Shown here: positions 1 to 10,570 of the stretch, one piece after another
Position numbering within the stretch: the stretch's first letter is position 1
How the letters are laid out: every line of letters starts with the position of its first letter
NCBI GenBank assembly: GCA_013416795.1
Contig: RQSC01001221.1
Location: 1 to 26,073, forward strand
DNA length: 26,073 bases
Direction of reading: 5' to 3'
From: Prasinococcaceae sp. CCMP 1430
Taxonomy: Eukaryota > Plantae > Prasinodermophyta
Translations under genes and position numbers: made by a program
Notes under the pieces: generated by a model
The model's input: the letters and a program-made list of their open reading frames with translations, nothing else
What the model was told of the DNA's origin: nothing
The model's database searches: none

Positions 1-200
1 GCGTGCGCGCGCGCACGCGCTCGCACTCCCTGCGCGCGCGCGCGCGCGCGCAGGGAGTGCGAGCGCGTTCGTGCGTGTGTGTGCGTGCGTGTGTGTGTGT
101 GTGTGTGTGCGTGCGTGCGTGTGTGTGTGCGTGTGCGTGTGCGTGTGCGTGCGTGCGTGTGTGTGTATCTGTGTGTGTGCGTGCGCGCGCGCGTCTGCGC
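1..200. repeat. (TG)n/(CG)n/(TGCG)n microsatellite tract upstream of the first gene
   Basis: Direct reading. Confidence 0.9.
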
Positions 201-302
201 TGGAACCAGCCAAGCGAGCGCGTGTGTGCAGCGTGTGAACGACACTTGTGCACGCCACACCTCGTTCGCCGGTGCGCGCGCCGGTTGCGCCAAGCGCGGG
301 CC

Positions 303-2166
303 ATGGCGACGACAAGGGCGCGCGGCGTGGTGAGGCGCGCAGCGCTTGCGACCGCGCTTGCCGCCGTGGTGCTCTGCGCCGGGGCGGAGGCGGCGGGCAA
401 GAAGTCTTCGAAGACCAAGGCGGCGCCAACGCCCTCGCCGCAGGTGCGCCGTGCATGCAGCGTCAACGAGGCGATTGCGTGCTCGCGCGCGGACACAGCC
501 GTGCGCGCGAGCACGAGTACACACATGCACACACACACACGCACACACACACACACACATGCACACGCGACCACACACGCACACCAACGCCCGCGCGGAG
601 TCTCTGAAGCGACCGTTCTGACGCGTGGACGCGCGCTCGCGCGCACGCGACCGCGAGCGCAGAACTGCCGCCTGTCCGCGTGGCAGTGCGGCCCCTGCGC
701 GGGCGGCAGCTGCGCCGACCCCACCGGCGCGCGCACGTGCACGCGGGGCGTCATCGTCGAGGCGCGCTACGGAGGCACCTGCGCGCTCTCGACGTCCCAG
801 TCGGAGTCCAAGACGGAGGTTTGTGGCAGCAGAGCGCGCGGGAGCCGCCTCGCGAAGTTCTGCCTTTCATACCCTCTCGCTCTGTCCTTCTCTCTCTCTG
901 TGTGTGTGTGTGTGTGTGTGTAGACTACACGAGTGTTTGTGTATGTGTGTGTGTGTGTGTGTGTGAGCATGTGTGCATGTGTTCCTTTGTAGTGTTTGCC
1001 CCCTCTCTCGTCGCATCAGCTGCTGCCCGTGCCCCCGATGCTTGCGTTCGCGCTGACGGGATTGCGAACGCGCACCCGCGCGCCTGCGCAGGCCTGCGAG
1101 ATGACGCTCGACTGCGACGTCCCGTCGCCGCCGCCCGCGCCCCCGTCGCCGCCCGCGCCGCCCACAGCGGCGGCGAGCGTCGCATTCGACCTCGTCGTGC
1201 GCCCGAGCGACGTCGCGCTCGGTGCGTGCGCGCCCGAGTGCCTGCACACGCGTGCGTGCATGCGCTGTTGCGCGCGCCGATGGTCACCCGCACGCGCGCG
1301 CACCCACACCCACACTGACCCACGCGCGCGCGTGTGATGCCCTCGAAATCGGCGCAGCCGATCGGGCCGGCACCCTTCAGGCCGTGCGCGCGGCCGTCGC
1401 CGCCGCCGCAGGCGTAGACACCGGCGACGTGGCCGTCTTCGAGGAGCTCTGGGCGGAGGACACCGGCGCCGCGGAGTACAGCGCCGCCGTGGACCTCGCG
1501 CGCCCCGGCGGCGACGCTGCGGCGTCCTCGGCGGTGGAGCTCGCCACGATGCTGCGCGTGGACGTCGCTGCGGCGCTGAGCTCGCACGGAGCCTCCTTCG
1601 CGGCGACGGACGCGAGCGGCATCGCCCTCACGCCAAGCGACGTCGGGCGCTGCCCGACGGCGTCCACCGTCGCTGACGCCGAGGCGGCCATCGGCACGGA
1701 GGACTACGAGCTGGCGCTCACGCACCTCGTCCGTGTGAACGAGTGCATCCTCGCGGCCGACGAGCCGGACTTTGACGCGGACGTCTACAACTGGCTCGGG
1801 TACGCCAATCGCATGAAGGCGACGCCAGACTTCGCCAAGTCAGAGCTGTACTACGACCGCGCCTTGCAGGTGGAGCCAGGCCACCTGGGCGCCCACGAGT
1901 ACCTGGCCGAGCTGTACCTGCAGACGGGCCGCCACGCGCAGGCCCGCCAGCAGCGCGCGCAGCTTCAGGCGGCGTGCGCCGAGGCGGACGACGCGGACTG
2001 CGCCGAGCTCGATGAACTTGACGCGGCGTTCGCCGCGCACGGCGTCGAGGTGGCCGAACCGTCCGTGGGCGGATCCAGCAGCGGCGCGCAGGGAGCCGGT
2101 GCAACCGTCGCGGGCGCGCTCGGCGCCGTTGCGGCCGCGGCTCTGACGTGCGCTGGAGGGATGTGA
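303..2166 (+). CDS. Secreted/cell-surface protein: signal peptide, spondin-type TSP1 repeat, Pro-rich linker, TPR domain, GPI-like C-terminal tail (~411 aa, 4 exons)
   Basis: Exons 303-443, 663-818, 1092-1221, 1358-2166 join in frame with GT..AG ends and CTGAC branch motifs (e.g. near 619, 1053, 1315). Hydrophobic N-terminus [20 protein letters not shown]1-like [39 protein letters not shown]-like [43 protein letters not shown]-terminal GSSSG followed by a hydrophobic stretch. Confidence 0.8.
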
Positions 2167-2322
2167 GGGATGCGCTCGCGACCGATGTCCCCGGCACGCA
2201 CGCGCCACACGTGCACCAAGTAGTCGCGCGCACACGCACTTACACGAGCAGGTACACACCACTGGCATTCTTTCTGTGTTCAATAAATCGAGCATTCCAC
2301 GACGAACGCGAATGACTCGTTG

Positions 2323-3647
2323 TTAGTGTCGCGCGCGCTTCGCCAGCTGTTTGACGGCGTCCGCGCTGACGCCCTCCTCGTCCACCCACTCGAACTCATC
2401 GTCGTCGCCACTGGCGCTTTCGTCACCGGCGCCGCCGTGCCCACCGGCTGCCGCATCCCCCTTGCCGACGACACCGAAGTCGTCGTCAGAATCGCCCGAG
2501 TCGGCGCCGTCCTTGCCGTCGTCGCTGCCGTCGCTCAGAACGACTGTGGTGGCCTGCGCGGCGAACCCTCCACCCGCGCCCATGCCGACGGCAGCCGCGC
2601 GCGCCTCCCGCGCGTCGAGTTCGCGCTCGCGCTCCTCGTCGCTCCCCGGGTCTTCCGGGTTGAAGTCCGCGTCCTCGTCCTCGTCGTCTTCATCGTCGTA
2701 GTCATCGTGATCGTCATCGCTTCCATCGTCGCCGCTTTCATCGCCCGCGCCCTCCGTCGCGTCTGCGCCCCCCGCATCGCCGTCGCGCGCGCGCAGCTGC
2801 GCGAGCCGCGACGCCCACGCCTGGAGCGCCGGCAGGTGCTGCGCGTCGATCTTGAACTCGTGCAAGTCGCCGCCGTGCGTTTGGACATGGAGGTCGAACT
2901 CGCGCCTGTCCGCGCGGCCTGCGGTGCCGTTCGCGCGCGTCAGAGACGATGCGCGCGCAATAGCAGCGGAGGGGCGAAGCGGGCGGGGCACATCGCGTCG
3001 CGCAGTAGAACCTACCGAACTCGATGCCGGCGATCGATGCGCGCGGGAGGCAGACAAGCTTCTCGGCGAAGATCAGCCCCCAGTCGATGGCGAAGAGCAC
3101 GCCGTCCGTGACGACCATTGTGCACGGGACGCCCACGCACTCGCCGCCGGAGGACGCCGGGCCGGCGCGCTTGCTCTTGCTGGCCTTAAGGTCAAGGTGC
3201 GTGGCGAGCGCGTCCGCGCAGCTGGTGCCGTCATTCGCGAGCGCTGCGGCGAAGAGCAGCGCACCGACGCGCGCCTTCCCGACGTCCACCTCGCACCCCG
3301 CCTTGAGCTGGAGGATGACGTACTCGCAGTTCTTGCGCGCGTTCATGAGGCCCGTGATCACGCGAGCGACGTCCGCGCCGACGAGGGGTATGCGGACGGC
3401 GCCGCCGCGCCCGCCGACGAGCACGGCACGCGCGCCCTCGTGCGCGCGCAGCTCGTACTTGCCGCGGGCGGGGTTGATCAGCGTCACGCCGCCAACGCGG
3501 GCGGTGCACTCAGGCTCGTCTCCATCCCGCGCGCTGGCGTCCGGCTTCCCGTTTGCGGCGCCGCCCTCGACCTCAGCGAGCGCCGCCGCCACCGCGCGCG
3601 CCTCGCGCACCGCGCACGCGCGCACGGCGGCCCCGTGGGCGGAGGCG
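2323..3647 (-). CDS. Divergent SSRP1 middle-domain/Rtt106-like (double PH) protein with long acidic tail; 5' end lost at N3648
   Basis: Exons 3016-3647 and 2323-2918 (intron 2919-3015, GTAGGT..CTGAC..CCGCAG). TLINPARGKYEL resembles SSRP1 LTPRGRYDI. VPCTMVVTDGVLFAIDWGLIFAEKLVCLPRASIAGIEFGRADRREFDLHVQTHGGDLHEFKIDAQHLPALQAW aligns by eye with the Rtt106-like PH domain. D/E-rich C-terminus. No in-frame ATG before the N. Confidence 0.65.
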
Positions 3648-3880
3648 NCTCTGCGCGGCGTCGGTGCGCGCGGGGGCGGAGCGGGGGGGGGGGGCGGAGT
3701 GGGGCGGCGCGCACCCGCGGGGGGTGGCGTGTGGCGGGGGTGTGGCGCGTGGCGCTGGCGGCGGCGATCTTTCGCGGCGGCGAATTCGAAATTCGAACAC
3801 GCGCACACACGCGCACGCACACGCACACGCACACGCACACGCACACACACGCACACACGCACGTGGACGCGCACGCGCAC

Positions 3881-3946
3881 ACGCACCCGAAGGCGCCACA
3901 CGCACCCGAGGGCGCCACACGCACACGCACACGCACCCGAAGGCGC
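3881..3946. repeat. Three copies of a ~17-bp unit ACGCACCCGA(A/G)GGCGC(C) embedded in a CA-rich tract
   Basis: Units at 3881-3897, 3900-3916 and 3931-3946, read directly from the sequence. Confidence 0.8.
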
Positions 3947-4119
3947 ACACGCACACGCACACGCGCACGCACACGCACACGCGCACGCACACGCGCACGC
4001 ACACGCATACGCACACGCACACGCATACGTCAGCGCACCTGTTGACGCCACACCGCGCGCGCCGCTGGACCGCGCTCCTCTTCTGCTTCCTCCTCCCGTT
4101 TGCTCGCGCACGAGCGACC

Positions 4120-5637
4120 ATGAAGCGCGCGCGCCACGCCGAGGCTGCGGGCGACGCGCTCGACGCTGCCGCTGGGAGCGGCGGCGGCAGCGGCGTGGGC
4201 GCGGGCGCCGCCACGGCGGAGAGCGCGCGCCAGGCGCTGCTGCTCGCCACGCAGGCGCTCGGCGTGAACGCGTCCGCCGTGCGCGCGGCGCGAGTGCAGG
4301 GCAAAAGGGCGCGCACGTCGATGGAGTGGTTCGCGGACGAGCTGCTGAAGGTTCGGAGCCGCGATGAGCTCCTCCTGGACGCAGTGCGCGCAGGCCACGA
4401 AGAGGCGGCCAGGTGCTTGCTGAGGCGGGGCGCAGACGCGAACGGTAAGGATATGAGCGGGGAGCCGCTGTGTTATCTGGCGGCTCGGCTCGGCAAAACC
4501 GACTGTCTGCGGGCACTGCTCGAGGCGGGCGCCGACATGGACACGAGCGCAGGCAGAGGTGTTGCACCTTTTCACGTTGCCACAATTATGGCCCATGCGA
4601 GCTGCATTAAAGTGTTGCTCGAGGCTGGCGCCGACATGAACACGAGCACCGAGAGGGGCGATGCACCTATGCACTACGCCGCATTGCACGGCCATGCAAG
4701 CTGCATGAAGCTGTTGCTCGAGGCGGGCGCCGACATGAACAAGCGCGACATGAACGGCTGCACGCCTTTGCATGATGCCGCGGAGCATGGCCATGCGCGC
4801 TGCGTGGAGCTGTTGCTCAAGGCGGGCGCCGACATGGAGAAGAGCGACATGAGCGGCTCGACACCTGCGCTCTGTGCCGCACTTGAGGGCCATGCAAGCT
4901 GCGTGACGCTGTTGCTCGAGGCGGGCGCCGACATGGAGAAGAGCGACATAACCGGCTCGACACCTGCGCTCTGTGCCGCACGTGAGGGCCATGCAAGCTG
5001 CGTGAAGCTGTTGCTCGACGCGGGCCCCGACAAAGACAAGAGCGACGTCAATGGCTCCACACCTTTGCGCTTTGCCGCCGAGGAGGGCCATGCGAGCTGC
5101 GTGAAGCTGTTGATTGAGGCTGGCGCCGACATGGACAAGAGCAACAAGTGGGGCAATGCACCTATGCACTACGCCGCCGAGGAGGGCCATGCGAGCTGCG
5201 TGAAGCTGTTGATTGAGGCTGGCGCCGACATGGACAAGAGCAACCAGTTGGGCAATGCACCTTTGCACTGCGCCGCGAAAGAAGGCCATGCGAGCTGCTT
5301 TGAAGTGTTGTTCGAGGCTGGCGCGGACATGAACAAGAGCAACGAGAGGGGCAATGCACCTATGCACCACGCCGCACTTGAGGGCCATGCAAGCTGCGTG
5401 AAGCTGTTGCTCGAGGCGGGCGCCGACATGAACAAGCGCAACAAGAGGGGCTGCACGCCTTTGCATGCTGCCGCGATAAATGGCCATGCGGCATGCGGCC
5501 AACTGCTGCTCGACGCCGGCGCCGACGCGACCGTGCGCAACGCGGACGGGAAGACGGCGTTTGACCTCATGGCGGGCGAACTCGAGGAAGGCAAGAAAGC
5601 AGTCGCCGCCCTGCAGCGCGCAGCCGCTGTCCAGTAA
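4120..5637 (+). CDS. Intronless ankyrin-repeat protein (505 aa; 12 full 33-aa repeats plus a partial cap)
   Basis: ATG 4120 to TAA 5637 in one frame. Repeats of the G-x-TP/AP-L/M-H-x-AA-xx-GH-xx-C-V-xx-LL-EAGAD type recur every 99 bp. Confidence 0.93.
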   Translation: MKRARHAEAAGDALDAAAGSGGGSGVGAGAATAESARQALLLATQALGVNASAVRAARVQGKRARTSMEWFADELLKVRSRDELLLDAVRAGHEEAARCLLRRGADANGKDMSGEPLCYLAARLGKTDCLRALLEAGADMDTSAGRGVAPFHVATIMAHASCIKVLLEAGADMNTSTERGDAPMHYAALHGHASCMKLLLEAGADMNKRDMNGCTPLHDAAEHGHARCVELLLKAGADMEKSDMSGSTPALCAALEGHASCVTLLLEAGADMEKSDITGSTPALCAAREGHASCVKLLLDAGPDKDKSDVNGSTPLRFAAEEGHASCVKLLIEAGADMDKSNKWGNAPMHYAAEEGHASCVKLLIEAGADMDKSNQLGNAPLHCAAKEGHASCFEVLFEAGADMNKSNERGNAPMHHAALEGHASCVKLLLEAGADMNKRNKRGCTPLHAAAINGHAACGQLLLDAGADATVRNADGKTAFDLMAGELEEGKKAVAALQRAAAVQ

Positions 5638-5654
5638 GCGCGTGCCTTATCTCA

Positions 5655-6312
5655 TCACCCCCACAGCGAGGCGACGTACTTGTCGAGCTCCGCGCAGAAG
5701 CGCTCGCTGCGCACGGCGGCGCCCGCCTCGTGCGCGGGGTTCTTCAGCGCCAGCCCGGCGTAGAGCGCGCCGTAGATGTGGCGCAGCGCCGCGCAGAGGT
5801 CGCCCGCGCCGGGAGACGTCACCAGCGCGATCTACACGCGCGCGTGTGGGTGTGGGTGTGGGTGTGCATGCGTGTGTTTGCGTGTGTATGCGGTCGCGTG
5901 TACGTGTGCGTGCGTACATACGCATGCGTGCGCCATGCAGATGCACGCGTGCATGCCCGTGTCAGCGACAGTGCCAGCACGTGTGAGCGTATACGCACGC
6001 GCGTGTGCACACGTGCACACACCCACAACACACACACGCTCGTGCGGATGCGCACACGCACGCACGCGCGCGCACCTTGGTGCCGCTGGGCGTATCCATG
6101 TAGTGGAGCTCGTACGTGTCGGTCGCGAAGCTGTGGAAGACGCTGCCCTCGTCGGCCTCGCCGGGCGCTCGGCCAGGGTCAACCTATACGGACGCGTAGA
6201 GGGCGTGCGCATGTGCGTTTGCGGGCGTGTGTGTGTGCGTGTGCGTGCGTGTGTGTGTGTGTGTGTGTGTGCGTGTGCGTGCGTGTGTGTGTGTGTGTGT
6301 GTGTGCGTGTGC

Positions 6313-6349
<37 letters not shown>

Positions 6350-6580
6350 AGCGCGAACGCGCGCGTGCGCACAGCCAATGTGTGCGCGTGCGCGCGCCAC
6401 GCGCGAGCGCACGCGCGCGCGCACCTTGACGCAGAAGGCGCGCAGCGAGAAGAGCAGGCCGAACATGAGCTTGGCGTCCTCGGCGAGGCCCGCCTCGGGG
6501 GCGCGCGGCCGCGCCCACTCGTGATAGTGCAAGCATGCGCCCGCCCGGTCGAACATGTACATGTAGTGCGCGCAAGGCAT
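5655..6580 (-). CDS. TRAPPC1: Trafficking protein particle complex subunit 1 (BET5), 146 aa, 3 exons
   Basis: Exons 6425-6580, 6076-6183, 5655-5831 join in frame. Motifs YMFDRAGACLHYHEW, KLMFGLLFSLRAF, FHSFATDTYELHYMDTPSGTKIALVT and ALRHIYGALY..ALKNP..RSERF..ELDKYV match the Bet5/TRAPPC1 longin-fold family. Confidence 0.92.
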
Positions 6581-6588
6581 TGCGCACG

Positions 6589-6626
<38 letters not shown>

Positions 6627-6726
6627 GTGCGTGTGCGTGTGCGTGTGTGTGTATGCGTGTCTGCGCACGCAAGCACGCGCCCGCGTGCGCTCTGCGGTGT
6701 GTCCGTGCCCCGACGTTCAGCGACGC

Positions 6727-7268
6727 TCACGCCTCCTTGCCGCCGACGCCCAGCTTGCGCTTGAGGTTGCCCCACACGCCGCCGGGCGGCTTGGCGGCGA
6801 GGCTGTTCGCCTCGGCCCCCTTCGCCGCGGCAGGCGCCGAGCCCTGCGCGGCGAGGCCGGCGAACGCGCCGCCCTGTGTGTGCGTGTGCGCGTGCGCGCG
6901 CGCGTGTGTGTGTGTGTGTGTGTGCGTGTGTGCGTGTTCCAGTGTGTGTGTGTGCATGTTCGTGCATGTGTACGTCAGCTCGTGCGTGCGGTGAGTACAC
7001 CATGGCGCTGCAGCTCGTGCATTAACGTGCGGGCTCGCGCGTCATCTGTATATTTGCGTGCGCGCGCGCGTGCGCGCGCGCGCGCGCGCGTGTGTGTGTG
7101 TGCGTGAGCGTGGGTGTGTGTGTGGCGCACCTTCTTCGCCCGCGCGATCTCCGGCGGCGGCTTCTCCCTCTGCCCGAGCGCGAGCGGCGCGACGGCGGTG
7201 AGGGCGAGCACGCCGCCGCACGCCGCGAAGAGCGCGCCGACGACCGCGCGGCCCGACGCCACGCGCGC
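6727..7268 (-). CDS. Small single-pass membrane protein of unknown function; 5' end uncertain at N7269
   Basis: Exons 7131-7268 and 6727-6873 join in phase 0 (AAG|GTGCGC..CACACAG|GGC). Hydrophobic AVVGALFAACGGVLALTAVAPLAL followed by a Lys/Ala/Gly-rich tail ending PPGGVWGNLKRKLGVGGKEA*. Confidence 0.6.
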
Positions 7269-7270
7269 NT

Positions 7271-8152
7271 GGCGGTTTCCGCAGGGCGACATCCACGCCT
7301 CGAGCGCCCCTGGGCTGTGCACCCGCTCGCGCCGAGCTGCTCTCCGCGGCCGCGCTGGGCTTCCTCGCGCTCTCGCGCGCGCCGGACACACACGCGCGCG
7401 CTCGCGCGCGCACACACGCACACACGGCCACGACCACGCCCGCGCTGCGGCGCGCACTGCCGGACCGCGTGCGAGAGAAGGTGCGAAGCGAGAAGGACGC
7501 ACGTTCACGCACACACAGACACACACACACACGCGCACACACACACTCACACACACACACACACACGCACACGCACACACTCACACACACGCACACACAC
7601 ACACACACACACTCGCATGCGCACCCACACACATGCGCTGATCCACGCGCGCGCGCACACACACAGGCGCCCACCCTTTTGCACACGGAGGAGGAGGTCG
7701 AGGCAGTCAGGCCGGAGGAGGTGGAGGTGGAGCACATAGAGGAGGTCAAGGAGGCCGAGATCGCGGTCGAGGTCGAGGTGCGGCCGGACACGCACACGCA
7801 CGCACGCACCCGCGCGCACTCACATGCGCACACTGACATGCGCACACACACGCGCGCGCGCGCACATGCGCGCACGCGCGCAGGTGTCCGCACGGACGCC
7901 CCGCGGCGCCGCCTCGGCGCGCGCGCGCCTGCGCCGCCCGGCGGTGCTGCGCTCGCAGCGGCCGTACCGCAGCACCCCGGCGGCGTGGATGAACAACCTC
8001 GTGGTGGACGAGAAGCACGAGCTCGTGTTCTGCCCCGTGCCAAAGGTATTGGCGCACGCAAGCATGCACAATCACGCACGCACGCACACACACACACACA
8101 CACAAGTTTACACATCGGCGCTTATGCACACACACACACATACACACACACG

Positions 8153-8215
<63 letters not shown>

Positions 8216-8567
8216 ACACACACACACACTCCTGCACGCACGCACACGCATGCTGACGCCGCGCCTCACGCGCTCGCAGGTTGCGTGCTCCAACTGGAAG
8301 GCGCTGCTCCGCAAGCTGGCCGGCGTGGCGGACTACGCCAACACCACGCTGATGCACGACAAGCGGCGCAACGGCCTGCGGTACCTCGGGACGTACAGCG
8401 CCGAGCGGCAGCGGCAGATCCTGAGGTGCGCGAGCGCACGCGCGCGCGCGAGGGAGGGCGCACACGCACACGCCTGTCGCAGACGCACACACACACGCAC
8501 AACCTTCTTACACGAGCATGCGTACACGCACACACACCTCGTACGCACGCACACACGCCTTGCACGA

Positions 8568-8624
<57 letters not shown>

Positions 8625-9897
8625 GCGGACGCACACACACACACACACACACACCGCGGACGCACACGCGCGCGCACACACGCCGCACACACGGACGCGC
8701 GCGCGCGCGTGCTCGCTCGCAGGGACTACTACAAGGCGGTGTTCGTGCGCGACCCGTGGAGCCGCCTGGCGAGCGCGTACAACAACAAGTTCGTGGCGCC
8801 CGTGGAGCCCGTCGCGCAGTGGACCAAGGCGCTCTACGCGCCGCTGGGCGACGCCGAAGCGGAGGCGCGCGCGGCGGTCGCCGCCGAGGTGAGCCTTGGT
8901 GTGAGCGCTCCGTGTGTGTGTGTGTGCGCATTGTGTGTGCGTGTTGTGTGTGTGTGTGTGTGTGTGCGCGCGCGCTTGCGCATGTTCGTGTGTGCACATA
9001 CGAGTGCGTGTGCGCATGCGCACATGTGCGCGTGCGCGCGTGCACGTGCGCGTGTCGTCACGCGAGCGCATCCTCTCGTGTGCGCGCCCTCTGACCTCAC
9101 ACACGCGCGCGCAAACGCACACGCACGCACGTGCGTACGTCCCCCCACGTCCCCACACACGCAAACACACGCACACACGCGCACACACACGCACACACAC
9201 GCACACACACGCACACACACGCACACACACGCACACACACGCGCACACACGCACACACGCGCACACACACGCGCGCGCGCGCGGAAGGGGGGCGGCGCGC
9301 CGCCCTTCGGCGAGTTCGCGCGCGCGCTGCTCGCCAGCCTGCGAGCGGGCCCGCGCGCCGCCACGCGCATGAACGAGCACTGGGCGCCCGCGTGGATGGT
9401 GTGCGGCATGGACTGGGTGAGCTACGACTTCGTGGGAACGCTCGAGGGGCTCGACGGGTGCGCGAGCGCGCGTGTGCGCGAGCGCGTGGCGGTGCATGTG
9501 TGCGTGTGTGTGTGTGTGTGTGCGTGCGTGCGTGTGTGTTCGTGCGTGTGTGTGCATGTGTCTGTGTGCGCACGCGCCCGCGTGTGCGTGTGCCCGCGTT
9601 CCCTGACCCCCGAGCATTCCCCTTACCCGCTCTGTACACGCGCACGCACGCGCGCGCGCGTGCACGCACACACGCACCTGCAGCGACGTGGCGCTCCTCT
9701 TCGACGCGCTCGGCGTCGCCGAGGCCGGCCTGCCGAGCCGCGAGGCGGTGGGCTTCGGCGCGACGCACGCGGCCTCGAGCGTGGGGCGCTACTACAACGC
9801 GAGCCTCGCCGAGGCCATCGGCGAGGCGTACGCCCCGGACGCCGAGGCCGGCGGGTACGACCTGCGGGACGTGCTGGAACAAATACGGGGGGGGTAA
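7271..9897 (+). CDS. Golgi-type carbohydrate sulfotransferase (Sulfotransfer_2; HNK-1ST/CHST8-14-like); start codon lost at N7269
   Basis: Exons ~7271-7480, 7667-7777, 7884-8045, 8280-8425, 8723-8888, 9288-9457, 9684-9897 join in frame. 5'-PSB motif FCPVPKVACSNWK, 3'-PB motif FVRDPWSRLASAYNNKF, plus MNEHW..YDFVGTLE and a terminal Y..D...GY-like motif. Possible signal anchor LLSAAALGFLALS. Confidence 0.88.
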
Positions 9898-9899
9898 AT

Positions 9900-10004
9900 A
9901 CCAATGGCAATCGTACACGCAGGCGTGCACGCGCACAGACGTCTGCACGCGCCTACGCACACACACACACACAAATACACACACACACAAACACACACAC
10001 ACAG

Positions 10005-10041
<37 letters not shown>

Positions 10042-10226
10042 CACACACACACACACACACGCACGCACACACACACACACGCACGCACGCACACACACAC
10101 CTCCAGGCACACACACGCGCGCACACACACGCGCTTACGCGCGCGCGCGCACAAACATGCACACGCACACACGCACGTGAGCGTGCGCCAGGGCGCATTT
10201 GGGGTCAGACCCTGCCGAAAGCCCTC

Positions 10227-10258
<32 letters not shown>

Positions 10259-10390
10259 TGTGTCACACGGCGCGCCGAGCGTAGCAGAGACAGTCGGTGG
10301 TGCGACGCACGCGCGCGCACGCGCGCCCTGCTGCGCGCCGCCGCGACGCACCGCGCAGTGTGGCGCGCCACGCACACACACACGCACGCG

Positions 10391-10464
<74 letters not shown>

Positions 10465-10522
10465 AACACACACACGTGCGCACACACACACGCACACACA
10501 CGCACACACACACACGCACACG

Positions 10523-10553
<31 letters not shown>

Positions 10554-10570
10554 ACACGCGCGCGCACGCG
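9900..10570. repeat. Compound (CA)n/(GA)n microsatellite tracts flanking a GC-rich island at ~10190-10300
   Basis: Direct reading: long CA runs at ~9955-10170 and ~10370-10560, GA run at ~10434-10455. Confidence 0.9.

Noticed and set aside
3781-3797. Heat-shock element
   Set aside because: GAA/TTC spacing does not match the nGAAnnTTCn register.
4420-5560. Regularly spaced DNA repeats as a CRISPR-like array
   Set aside because: The 99-bp period is fully explained by in-frame ankyrin repeats; eukaryotic context and no cas genes.
7131-7292. Start of the small TM gene at ATG 7292 (MSPCGNR..) reading through N7269
   Set aside because: It would overlap the likely first exon of the sulfotransferase on the other strand, and the other single Ns behave as gaps.
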